Of a stretch of 64,000 nucleotides of DNA, positions 38,880 to 47,390 are shown piece by piece. The translations under genes and the position numbers were made by a program. The notes below the pieces were generated by a model. It had not been told where the DNA came from. It saw only the letters and a program-made list of their open reading frames with translations, and made no database searches. This DNA comes from Pseudomonadota bacterium (lineage in GTDB: Bacteria; Myxococcota_A; UBA9160; SZUA-336). Where the stretch lies: assembly GCA_003247575.1 (NCBI GenBank), contig QJZC01000045.1:8297-72296 (forward strand). The letters are read 5' to 3'. How positions within the stretch are numbered: the stretch's first letter is position 1; each line of letters begins with the position of its first letter.

Positions 38880-39142
38880 AGGATATAGGGACGGACGCGG
38901 CGATTCTGGGCAAACATGACGTCTACCAGCGCCCAGTCGAAGATCCGATCTCTATCAGGCACACGCTGCAGAGAGACGCGTGCACGATAGAAGACACGGG
39001 CGCGCTCGATCTGCGGTCCGAGTCGCTCGAAGAGGTCGTCCTTCTCCAAGCCGAGCCGAATGGCGTCCGCCCATTCGACGTTCAGATCGGAAACCAATAC
39101 GCGCGCCACGCGACGAGCGCGATCTGCATCCTCGATCGACAA
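38876..39142 (-). CDS. Hypothetical 88-aa protein
   Basis: The TTG start follows immediately after the upstream TGA, and the stop overlaps the rluD GTG. The ORF is clean and I recognise no family (MSIEDADRARRVARVLVSDLNVEWADAIRLGLEKDDLFERL...). Confidence 0.5.
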   Translation of the reverse strand: MSIEDADRARRVARVLVSDLNVEWADAIRLGLEKDDLFERLGPQIERARVFYRARVSLQRVPDRDRIFDWALVDVMFAQNRRVRPYIL

Positions 39143-39757
39143 TCAGTAGCTCTGCTTCTGTTGTCCCCCGCCCTGAAGCTGCTTCATGTAGCTGTCGACG
39201 ACGAGCCGAGCATCGAGCTTGAGACAACGCGCGATCTCGCGCAGAAATCCGCGTAAGTAGACAGTAGGAGGTAGCATCTCGTATCGATTTGCCTCGATGT
39301 TCGCCAGATAGTCGGGGCCAATCTTCGTGATGTTGGAGACCTCTTCGATCTCTATCCCGCGGCTCATCCGGATACGCCGCAGAACTTCGCCATCGTAGAC
39401 CCCGTCTTCCGGGAGCACGGGCTCCTCGAGCTCGATCCGCGGCTCTATGGCACGCCGCACGGGACGCTGCGGCACCTCTGGAACCGCAGTCACCTTGGGC
39501 TCGTTCCGCCTCGGCAACCCGCTCACGCGCAGGCGACCGTCGTACTCTCGGCGCAACCGCTCGTCGGACAGCACGGCGTAGGCGCCTTCCACACGACGCA
39601 GCACCTCGGCTGCCTCGTCCTCGGACATCAGCGAATAGGTCGCCGTCGAGCCAGGCTGATACGTCGCGCGTGCGATCCGGTATGCGCGTTCGATCTGCTG
39701 GGGACTGGCCTCGACGGGTACTTCGAGCACTTCGTAGTGGTTCAGGTCTTCGATCAC
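39143..39757 (-). CDS. Soluble protein with an HPD-less J-like domain fused to a RodZ-type (HTH_25-like) helix-turn-helix
   Basis: The J-domain helices are HYEVLEVPVEASPQQIERAYRIARATY and EAAEVLRRVEGAYAVLSDERLRREYD, with QPG in the HPD position. The C-terminus is LRRIRMSRGIEIEEVSNITKIGPDYLANIEANRYEMLPPTVYLRGFLREIARCLKLD. There is no hydrophobic TM segment. Confidence 0.65.
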   Translation of the reverse strand: MIEDLNHYEVLEVPVEASPQQIERAYRIARATYQPGSTATYSLMSEDEAAEVLRRVEGAYAVLSDERLRREYDGRLRVSGLPRRNEPKVTAVPEVPQRPVRRAIEPRIELEEPVLPEDGVYDGEVLRRIRMSRGIEIEEVSNITKIGPDYLANIEANRYEMLPPTVYLRGFLREIARCLKLDARLVVDSYMKQLQGGGQQKQSY

Positions 39758-39767
39758 GAGTCTCGCC

Positions 39768-40754
39768 TCAGTTGTCGAGCATCTTCTTCACGATCTGGCG
39801 TACGTAGAGCGCACCATCGGATTGCGGATACGCGATGACCAGAGCGCGCCGGTCCTTGATGGAGCGCCATACGCAGTCGTCGTAGTTGATGTATCCGATG
39901 TAGTCGAGGTGAACCCCGAAATAGCGCCGGCACATCGAGGAGATCGAGAACCCCAGGCGAACCTCTTCGCCCGTTCGAACCTGATTCAGGACCAAACGCG
40001 GTTGGAAAGTAGCGAGAACCCGCTCGACGCGATGCGCCTCGCCAGGCTCCGAGCGGCGCAGTTCCCGCACGATGTCCGCTGGAGCCCGTAGCCCGCGCTC
40101 GTCCCTTTCAGCCCAGGCTTCTTTGACTCGCTCCTCGGCGGGCGTGCCCTGGACCGCTGCCGCCAGCCGCCGGAAGAAAGAGGCCCGCAGGAACGCGTAG
40201 GCATTCTCGATGGCGGTGGGCTCCGGGGTCGTCACGAGCAGGTTCTCGTCCGCTCCGACGAAGAAGTCGACGGTGGACCGATCCATTCCAGCCGCAAGAT
40301 CCAACACCACGACGTCGGCGGGTAAGGTGCGGATCGCTTCCACGAACTGCTGACGCTGGACCCGAGTCGGCAGCGCGGTGCCCGTGTGACCGAGCGTGCC
40401 CAGGATGAGTCGCAGCCCCGGCACCGACGTCTCGATCGCGGCGGCCTCGAGATCTTGCACGCGATCCTCGAGATAGTCCGAAAGGTTGACACGTGCAGAC
40501 CCGCGAACACCGAGACAGGTATGTAGGTTTGCACCACCGAAATCGACGTCGATCAGGATCACCCGAAGCCCGATGCGCGCCAACACTGTCGCGGAGTTGC
40601 TCGCGATGAAGCTCTTGCCGATTCCGCCCTTCCCTCCTCCGACGGACCAGACGGAAGCCGATTGGGTGGCCGAGTGGAGACCCGACGAAGGTTGCGCGGC
40701 GACGAGCCGCGGGCGTGCTGGAGAACGCCTTGGTGTGCCGATCAGGGTCATCAT
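39768..40754 (-). CDS. ParA/MinD/FlhG-family P-loop ATPase
   Basis: The deviant Walker A with signature Lys is SVGGGKGGIGKSFIASN, and Walker B-like motifs are VILIDVD and VVVLDLAAG. A Pro/Arg-rich N-terminal extension of about 35 aa is present. Confidence 0.8.
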   Translation of the reverse strand: MMTLIGTPRRSPARPRLVAAQPSSGLHSATQSASVWSVGGGKGGIGKSFIASNSATVLARIGLRVILIDVDFGGANLHTCLGVRGSARVNLSDYLEDRVQDLEAAAIETSVPGLRLILGTLGHTGTALPTRVQRQQFVEAIRTLPADVVVLDLAAGMDRSTVDFFVGADENLLVTTPEPTAIENAYAFLRASFFRRLAAAVQGTPAEERVKEAWAERDERGLRAPADIVRELRRSEPGEAHRVERVLATFQPRLVLNQVRTGEEVRLGFSISSMCRRYFGVHLDYIGYINYDDCVWRSIKDRRALVIAYPQSDGALYVRQIVKKMLDN

Positions 40755-41447
40755 GGCTCTCCCTGGGGCCGTTGCGCGAGGCGGCAGAGCCGCAGGCGCC
40801 GGACAGAACCGCGCCCCGGCATGACTCTTCGTTGCATGCGGAATGGCATCTAAGACCCCGGGTCTAGGTGAATGACCTTGAGTATTCGCTTATCTACAAG
40901 AGAGCGACAAAAAAGATACGGAGCCACAAGGAGCCTGACCGCTCAGAAGCACCGCCATGGATTCGTTGGCGCATGCTGCGCCACGGACGGATGAATCACG
41001 CTCGGAACGGTATCGGAATCCAGCACCTTCATCAATCACCCGAGGGTTTCGCGGCACGAGCATCAAACGCTGTGCTCTCGCTCACTTGGCACGAGTCGAG
41101 AGTCGATCCAGGCATGTACTATTTATGCAACTGGCCAATCTCACTAGATCGGGGCAGAGCCCCATCAGGGGTCTCTAGGCCGAAGCCCACGCTCCGCTCC
41201 GCGACCTGTCCCCGCGCCCCCGGACCGTATCGAGACCGACGGCCGGATTGGCGAACCCGTGCATTGACCCACCTTTGGCGGTCCACTAGGGTGTGTTGCG
41301 TTTAAATTTCGATGTCGTTTTCCTCGTCAGGACCCGAGCAATCCCGGCTCGCACGATCTGTGCACCCAGGGAACTCGCGGGCATTCCGAACTCACTCCTG
41401 CCCGTGGGCAGCCCGGCGATCGCGAGGCGGCACTCGTTCGGTCCCAT

Positions 41448-41466
41448 GGCGCACGAGTCGTGCGCC
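41448..41466. repeat. Perfect 9-1-9 inverted repeat GGCGCACGA-G-TCGTGCGCC
   Basis: Read directly and checked by reverse complementing. The core GCACGAGTCG recurs at 41089-41098, and GGCACGAG at 41053-41060. All lie inside the 1.35-kb gap. Confidence 0.6.
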
Positions 41467-42105
41467 GGAAATCGCGGAGAACTGCAGAAGGGCGCGGCGG
41501 AGGCCGTAGCCACGCTCACCGCAAGATCAAGCGAGCGCCAAAGGTCGCAATGTCGGGAGCCCAGCCCAAGCGAGCAGATTTCTCGAAGACCGGGAGAACG
41601 AATCGAGTCAAAGTCCTCTAGTCGAGGTTCCGGGCAGGAAAGTCTCACAAGTTGCGTTCAACAGAGCAGAGGGAGGTCCTTCACGAGGCGCGCGGTGCGC
41701 TGATCGGAGGGATTCGTCCGTCTGCACGCAGAAGCTCCGCGGCTCCAGGGTCGAATCACCGGGCTCTACAATCCAAGCCGTGGCTAACGACCTACATCAG
41801 GAATCGTTCTCGAGCACCGTCCGGGTCCGAGATGGTTCCTGTCGCCATCGCGCAACGAGCTTCCTCTGACCATGATCGGGTGAGCGAGCTCCCAGGCACG
41901 TCTCTCCCTGCCCAGACCCCAATCGGCGCGCCGACCCCAGGTGTCAGACACAGCACCGGGCCGGCAGCACGCACTCAGACTCCTACCCCCTGCGAGCAGG
42001 GGAATCTGCATCCACACCACTGGGCAACCGGCCTGGAGGCGCCCAAGTGCGCCCGCGCCGACCTGCAATCCTTTCAGGGGGATGCGGATCCGGAAGGGAA
42101 CCCGC

Positions 42106-43647
42106 ATGCGAAACGAGATCTTCGTGAACGTGGCCCCACGCGAGACGCGCGTGGCCGTTCGCGAACAAGACCAGATCATAGAACTGCACATCGAGCGCGC
42201 CCAGGACCGCCGAGTCGTGAACAACTGCTACCTGGGCAAGGTCACTCGCGTACTCCCGGGCATGCAAGCCGCCTTCGTAGACATCGGCTTGGAGCGAGCC
42301 GGCTTTCTCTACGTCGCGGACTATCGTAGCGACCTAGACGACCCCTCCGACGGGAATGGAAGCTCGTCAGGCAACGGCAAGAGCAGCAACGGCGGCGGAG
42401 GCCGACGGCGCGCTGCCGCCGCACAGCGCGGGGCGGGCGCTCAGATCCAGGACGTGCTCGAGGAGGGCCGCGAGATCCTGGTCCAAGTCTCGAAAGAGCC
42501 TCTCGGCACCAAGGGTGCGCGAATCACTTCGCGCATCTCGCTGGCTGGCCGCCATCTGGTACTGATGCCCTCCGCTCAGCGCGTCGGCGTTTCCCGACGC
42601 ATCGAGGGCGACAGGGAGCGCCGCAGACTGCGCTCGATCGTCGAGAAGCACCGCCCACGCGACCTCGGCTTCATCGTGCGCACGGTCTCTCACGGAGTCA
42701 GCGAAGCCGACATCAAGGCGGATATCGAGTACCTCACCCACCTCTGGGCCGACGTTCAGGAGCGGCGCGCTGCGGCGACCGAGGCGCCGTCACTCGTCTA
42801 TGAGGAGCCTCCGCTGCGCGTGCGCATCCTACGTGACCTCGTCTCGCACGAGACGAAGCAGATCGTCGTGGACGATCCCGACGGCTACGGCGAAATGCAA
42901 AACTTCGTGCAGAAGTTCATGGCGGCCCCACGCCCTCGGATCACCTTGCACAAGGGCGATCGCCCGCTGTTCGAGGCGCAACGCATCGAGAGCGAGATCG
43001 ACCAAGGCCTAGGCCGCAAGGTATGGCTCAAGTCCGGGGGCTATCTGATCATCGACCAGTCCGAGGCGCTGACGGCAATCGATGTGAATACCGGGCGCTT
43101 CACGGGCGGCAAGAGCAAGAACCTCGAAGAGACCATTCTCAAGACGAACCTCGAGGCAGTACGCGAGATCGTGCACCAGCTTCGCTTCCGCAACATCGGC
43201 GGCCTGATCATCCTCGACCTGATCGACATGGAGATCGCCGCGAACCGCGAGAAGGTCTACCGCTCGCTGCTCGATGCCCTCAAGGAAGACAAGGCGAAGG
43301 TCAATCTTCAGAAGATCTCGGATCTCGGGCTCATCGAGATGACGCGCAAGCGCACCAGTGAGAACCTCGTGCAGCAACTGTGCGAGCCCTGTCCGACGTG
43401 CGAGGGGACCGGCTATGTACAATCGCCGGAGACCATCTCGCAGCGCGTTCTGCGCCAGCTTCCTCGGAGCGCCCAGTTTCTACGGAGCCCAACCCTGATC
43501 GTCAATACACATCCGACGGTATCGAGCGTCCTGCTCGGCGAGGAAGCCGACTCGATCGAACAGATCGCCAAGGCAATCGACCGCAAGGTGGAGATCCGGC
43601 CGAACCCGTCATTCCACCAGGAGCAATTCGAGATCAGCGCGGCATGA
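42106..43647 (+). CDS. rng: Ribonuclease G/E family endoribonuclease (Rng/CafA-like)
   Basis: MRNEIFVNVAPRETRVAVREQDQIIELHIER...CYLGKVTRVLPGMQAAFVDIGLERAGFLYV is the S1 domain. ALTAIDVNTGRF, LEAVREIVHQLRFRNIGGLIILDLIDM and LIEMTRKR follow. The ATG at 42106 has GGAAGGG 7 nt upstream. A Gly/Ser-rich insert follows the S1 domain. Confidence 0.9.
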   Translation: MRNEIFVNVAPRETRVAVREQDQIIELHIERAQDRRVVNNCYLGKVTRVLPGMQAAFVDIGLERAGFLYVADYRSDLDDPSDGNGSSSGNGKSSNGGGGRRRAAAAQRGAGAQIQDVLEEGREILVQVSKEPLGTKGARITSRISLAGRHLVLMPSAQRVGVSRRIEGDRERRRLRSIVEKHRPRDLGFIVRTVSHGVSEADIKADIEYLTHLWADVQERRAAATEAPSLVYEEPPLRVRILRDLVSHETKQIVVDDPDGYGEMQNFVQKFMAAPRPRITLHKGDRPLFEAQRIESEIDQGLGRKVWLKSGGYLIIDQSEALTAIDVNTGRFTGGKSKNLEETILKTNLEAVREIVHQLRFRNIGGLIILDLIDMEIAANREKVYRSLLDALKEDKAKVNLQKISDLGLIEMTRKRTSENLVQQLCEPCPTCEGTGYVQSPETISQRVLRQLPRSAQFLRSPTLIVNTHPTVSSVLLGEEADSIEQIAKAIDRKVEIRPNPSFHQEQFEISAA

Positions 43648-43648
43648 C

Positions 43649-44140
43649 ATGACGACTCTTCTGCGCGGCGCAGGGCGCCGCGACCTCGAAGCCATTCATC
43701 AGTTGTGGAAGGATCGGCGGGACGCGGAGCTCAAGCTGGACGCGCGCTTGGTGCTCGCTCCCTCTGCCGAGGCGACCGCTCGCGAGCATCGCGAGCTCGT
43801 GCTCGCGGATCCGCGCACTCGCTTCGTCGTCGCGGATCACCGGGGTAGGATCGTGGGATTTGCGCACGCCCAGATCGAGACCAACGAGCTCGAGTTCCTG
43901 CCCGAGCGCTACGGTGTGCTGGTGGACTTGGTCGTGCATCCCGAGCATCGGCGCCGAGGGCTCGGGCTAAGGCTGCTGCAACACGTAGACGAATGGCTGC
44001 ACTCTCGAGGCGTGGAAGAGCTGCGAGCACGAGTGCTCGATGGCGATCATGACGCTCGAAGCTTCCTGGCGCGCGCCAAAGCACACGCCTCGTTCGCCGT
44101 GTTCCGCCGCCCTGTGGTCGGCGAGTCCGAGGATGCCTGA
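43649..44140 (+). CDS. GNAT family N-acetyltransferase
   Basis: It has acetyl-CoA motif A (VHPEHRRRGLGLRLLQHV). The start is 1 nt after the rng stop. Confidence 0.8.
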   Translation: MTTLLRGAGRRDLEAIHQLWKDRRDAELKLDARLVLAPSAEATAREHRELVLADPRTRFVVADHRGRIVGFAHAQIETNELEFLPERYGVLVDLVVHPEHRRRGLGLRLLQHVDEWLHSRGVEELRARVLDGDHDARSFLARAKAHASFAVFRRPVVGESEDA

Positions 44141-44207
44141 GCCAGAGCCCGGATCTGGACTACGAGTCTAGCGGGGCGCGATGCGCGGCATTCTCAACCG
44201 CAGCACT

Positions 44208-45011
44208 CTAGAGCTTCGAGAATCGCGCGCGTAGCCCGCGCGCGAGCTCCGGATCCTGACTCAGCCGGATCGGTGTGATCGAGATTCGGCCCTCGGCGAC
44301 CGCGCGCACATCGCTCCCCTCGAGCGCGGATCGGTGCAGCACCTCGCCGCGAAAGTCGTGCGCGAAACGGCCTGGTGCCTCCTCTCGAAAGAGCTGGGTG
44401 TAGGATGCGTGCGCCAGCTGGGTCACTTCACACGGCGTCTCTGGCCCCGAACCGAGCGGAAGATTCACGCTCAGCAGCTCACAGTCGCATGGATAACCGT
44501 CCTCGAGCAGGCTCCGCACGATGTCCGCGCAGCGTGCGGCCGCGCGCTCCCACTGAGGACGGAACGCAGCCGAGTCGCTCTGCGACTTCCAGCTGCGGTC
44601 GTCGTCCGGCTGTCCGAGCGAGAAGGCAACCGACGGAACACCCGCGATCCAGCCCTCGATCGCTGCCCCCACGGTGCCGCTCGAAAAGAAGAACCCCGAG
44701 CCATAGTTCAGCCCGACGTTGATGCCTGAGATCAGGAGATTCGGGCGCTCCGGGAACAGGGAGTGGATTCCCAGATGCGCACAGTCGGCGGGAAATGCGT
44801 CGACGGTGAAGAGCTCGGGCTCACCCTCGCGCGGCTCCTCAACGCGCCGTACTTGGAGCTTGTCCCAGCGTGTGATCGCCTTTCCGATCCAGCTCCGCTC
44901 CCGGTCTGGCACGACGGCGCGAAGGTTCCCAAGGCCCCGAAGCGAGTCCAGGAGCGGCCTCAGCGCGGGAGAGTCGATTCCGTCATCATTCGTCACGAGT
45001 AGGTAGGTCAC
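44208..45011 (-). CDS. surE: 5'/3'-nucleotidase SurE
   Basis: Homology begins at (V)TYLLVTNDDGIDSPALRPL, followed by LISGINVGLNYG and SGTVGAA. I chose the GTG at 45011; the track ORF adds 86 non-homologous residues. Confidence 0.88.
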   Translation of the reverse strand: MTYLLVTNDDGIDSPALRPLLDSLRGLGNLRAVVPDRERSWIGKAITRWDKLQVRRVEEPREGEPELFTVDAFPADCAHLGIHSLFPERPNLLISGINVGLNYGSGFFFSSGTVGAAIEGWIAGVPSVAFSLGQPDDDRSWKSQSDSAAFRPQWERAAARCADIVRSLLEDGYPCDCELLSVNLPLGSGPETPCEVTQLAHASYTQLFREEAPGRFAHDFRGEVLHRSALEGSDVRAVAEGRISITPIRLSQDPELARGLRARFSKL

Positions 45012-45053
45012 AGTTCGGCAGGATACCGCGCGGATCGCTACGATGGCTCGTCG

Positions 45054-45677
45054 ATGGGTCCTCCGCTTCGCAGAGCCTCGGAAAGCCTGCGCCTGCACGA
45101 CGTGCGAGCGCGAATTCGGGAACACGCGCCCAGCCTGCGTCGCCCCGATCCCCCGCCAGCGCTCGAAGCCTCGGTTGCGCTCGTCTTGCATGAGTCCCAT
45201 CCCGGGAATGGCCCAGAGCTGCTCTTCATCCAGCGAGCGGAGCGCGAGGGAGACCCTTGGTCCGGACACATGGCGTTCCCGGGTGGCCGACGACAGGCTG
45301 AGGACTCAGATCTCGCCGCTACGGCCCTACGCGAGACACAGGAGGAGGTCGGGTTTCGACCGCGAAGCATCCTGGGACGACTGGACGACTTCACCAGTGA
45401 CCGCACCCCACGCACTCCCGACCTGCGCGTCGCCGCCGTGGTCTGCGACATTGGCGAGCGCCCCCCCTTGGAGCTCAATCACGAGGTTCAGGCTGCGGTC
45501 TGGATCCCGCTGCACTGGATCCTGGATCCACGCTCTCGCACCCGCTTCGAGAGCCCAGCAGCCCGGGCGACTTTTCCGGCGTTCCACTACGAAGGCTATG
45601 TCGTCTGGGGCATGACCTACAGAATTCTGCGGAGCTTCTTCCGCGTACTCGGAAGCGAGCTCCACGCAGACCCCTGA
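45054..45677 (+). CDS. NUDIX hydrolase, CoA pyrophosphatase-like
   Basis: It has the Nudix box GGRRQAEDSDLAATALRETQEEVG, preceded by LLFIQRAEREGDPWSGHMAFPGG as in NudL-type enzymes. Confidence 0.8.
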   Translation: MGPPLRRASESLRLHDVRARIREHAPSLRRPDPPPALEASVALVLHESHPGNGPELLFIQRAEREGDPWSGHMAFPGGRRQAEDSDLAATALRETQEEVGFRPRSILGRLDDFTSDRTPRTPDLRVAAVVCDIGERPPLELNHEVQAAVWIPLHWILDPRSRTRFESPAARATFPAFHYEGYVVWGMTYRILRSFFRVLGSELHADP

Positions 45678-45688
45678 GCCGCCCCAGG

Positions 45689-46018
45689 CTAGACCAGCTG
45701 CGGCCCACTCGAGAGCATCAGGCGAAGTGAGCCAACCAGTTCGCCCGCGATCCCGACCATGGCCAACAGGGTCGGTGCACGCGCTCCCTGGCTCCAGTAG
45801 GCGCGCGCGAACAACGGCAGAGCCAGGGTGTTCACCAGCGGAATCACCATGATCAGCGACCAGATCAGACTGCGCTGTAGGGCTACCACGAAGAACCAGC
45901 ACAGGGAGGCCGCGAGACAGCCGACACCCGAGGCAAAGAGCAGAACGTCGAGCCGAGCTGCGCCAGGCTCGTCGGTGCGCGAGATCATGTGGAGCGTGAC
46001 AGCTCCAAAGACCAGCAT
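45689..46018 (-). CDS. Small hydrophobic membrane protein (start uncertain)
   Basis: From the ATG at 46018 it reads MLVFGAVTLHMI...LLFASGVGCLAASLCWFFVVAL...LIWSLIMVIPLVNTLALPLF...LLAMVGIAGELVG, with 3-4 hydrophobic segments. The longer track ORF overlaps the upstream gene by 65 nt. Confidence 0.35.
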   Translation of the reverse strand: MLVFGAVTLHMISRTDEPGAARLDVLLFASGVGCLAASLCWFFVVALQRSLIWSLIMVIPLVNTLALPLFARAYWSQGARAPTLLAMVGIAGELVGSLRLMLSSGPQLV

Positions 46019-46199
46019 CACGCACCAGAGACCGACGCTGGGTAGTCCAGGCGCACCCCCTGGAGTGAGCTCTCTCTGTCTGGCTGGAATGGACGCATCC
46101 GACACGGCTGGACCCCGGGAACTCGTTCCCCGCTCTAGGAGAAGGCATGGAACCGATCGCTGCTTTTCGTAGGAAATCTCGGAGGGGATCGACGCGAGC

Positions 46200-47390
46200 C
46201 TAGGCCGGAGAGAGCTCCGCTGAGTCGGCATCCGCTTCATCGTCGCCGCTCGCTCTGGGCTCACGCACGACGTGGTCGAGAGTAAAGCCTAGCCGGCACA
46301 AATCAAGCGGACGCGTCGTCTCAAGAAGACGCGCGGGTGACGTGGCCGTTCTCTGAGCCAGCTCGCGCAGGCCACGATCGATCCCATGCACCGCCTTTTC
46401 GAGCGATCGCGGCACAGACTCGCCATCTCCGAGGGATAGGCCATCCGCCACGGCGACCGCGTTGGCGACGCCCAGGATGTAGCCGATCACGTCGGCGGCG
46501 CGCTCTGGCGGCAGCTCCGACAATGCTTCGCCGACCAGGGTGCCGCGTAGCTGGCGTGGAAGCTCGGCCTGCGGGACGAGTGCGCCCGCAGAAGCACCCT
46601 CGAGCGCGTCCGTATCGAGGGTCTCGACCTCGTCGACATGCAGAGGACTGTAGACGCGCATCGCCCATTCGAAGTCCGGAAATCCGAGGTCGGCCAGACG
46701 CCCATCGCGCCAGCGCTTCGCATACTCCTCGGTCTCGCTCGGAAGCTCGAACAACATCCCATAGACGAGCTTCCAATAGTGAGGCTGCGCCTGCGAGAAC
46801 GCTGTCTGCATCACCTCCTTGATGCGCGCGAAGTCTTCGTCGCACTGCCCGCGGAAGTAGACCACCCCGTCCTCCGTGAAAAAGCCCTCCGGACGCTCGT
46901 CCTCTCGCCCGACGACGACCAGGTCGGCCATCCGTTGAAGGCTGAGGATCCAGAACTCCGGATCGAGCTCGGTGAGACCACGCACCAGCGTCTCGCGCCC
47001 AGCTTCGATCAGGGCATCGATCCACTCGGTGGCCCGCGCGTGCGACAGGTGCGTCTCCGACCACACGTCGAGATCGACGCAAGCCTGACGCTGCTCGGCC
47101 GTCGCCAGCTCGAGCAGCCAGGCGGCTTCGGACATGCCCCCGGCACGAATGGTGATGCAGAGCTCGGCTTCCGGGAGCAAGGGAACCACCTGCTCGGGGG
47201 CATCCATCAGCATCAGCAGCTCATTGCGCGACTCCGGGCGCAAGTCCTGGCACGCTGAAGCCAGCTCCGCGGGCGTCCGGCCGCGCATCAACTCACGGGC
47301 CGAGCGCCGGTCGCGCCTCCCACGCCGCAGGAGCTCTACACCGGAGAGTCGCAGCGACCGATCGACCTGCGACTCGTGGCTCACGTGCAC
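46200..47390 (-). CDS. Conserved-looking hypothetical protein, translationally coupled to lon
   Basis: This is a clean 396-aa ORF. GTG starts at 47390 and 47384 overlap the lon stop, the latter as GTGA. Composition is acidic and helical (ELCITIRAGGMSEAAWLLELATAEQRQACVDLDVWSE...). I recognise no motif. Confidence 0.55.
   Translation of the reverse strand: MHVSHESQVDRSLRLSGVELLRRGRRDRRSARELMRGRTPAELASACQDLRPESRNELLMLMDAPEQVVPLLPEAELCITIRAGGMSEAAWLLELATAEQRQACVDLDVWSETHLSHARATEWIDALIEAGRETLVRGLTELDPEFWILSLQRMADLVVVGREDERPEGFFTEDGVVYFRGQCDEDFARIKEVMQTAFSQAQPHYWKLVYGMLFELPSETEEYAKRWRDGRLADLGFPDFEWAMRVYSPLHVDEVETLDTDALEGASAGALVPQAELPRQLRGTLVGEALSELPPERAADVIGYILGVANAVAVADGLSLGDGESVPRSLEKAVHGIDRGLRELAQRTATSPARLLETTRPLDLCRLGFTLDHVVREPRASGDDEADADSAELSPA

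Noticed and set aside
41087-41102. Sigma-54 promoter-like TGGCAC strings (41087, 28951, 62103) and TGGCAT at 17553.
   Set aside because: None has the TTGC element at the required GG-N10-GC spacing.
40860-41179. Possible small inserted element. A lower-GC segment of about 300 bp is bracketed by the direct repeats GGGTCTAGG (40860) and GGGGTCTCTAGG (41168).
   Set aside because: The repeats are short and imperfect. I could find no terminal inverted repeats and there is no transposase or integrase remnant. The evidence is insufficient for a MITE or IS call. The region is covered by the 1.35-kb gap finding.
41628-41646. RNase P RNA-like string TTCCGGGCAGGAAAGTCTC, and SRP-RNA-like TCCGGAAGGGAAC at 42088-42100.
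   Set aside because: The resemblance covers only a few nucleotides. The flanking conserved elements are absent: GAGGAAAGUCCGGGCU and ACAGAACCCGGCUUA for RNase P, and CAGGUCCGGAAGGAAGCAGCC for SRP. The second string is simply the rng Shine-Dalgarno region.
42082-42107. 6-bp hairpin ATGCGG-N14-CCGCAT enclosing the rng SD and start codon, as a possible translational switch.
   Set aside because: It is too short and unremarkable to support alone. It is mentioned only as part of the long-leader hypothesis.
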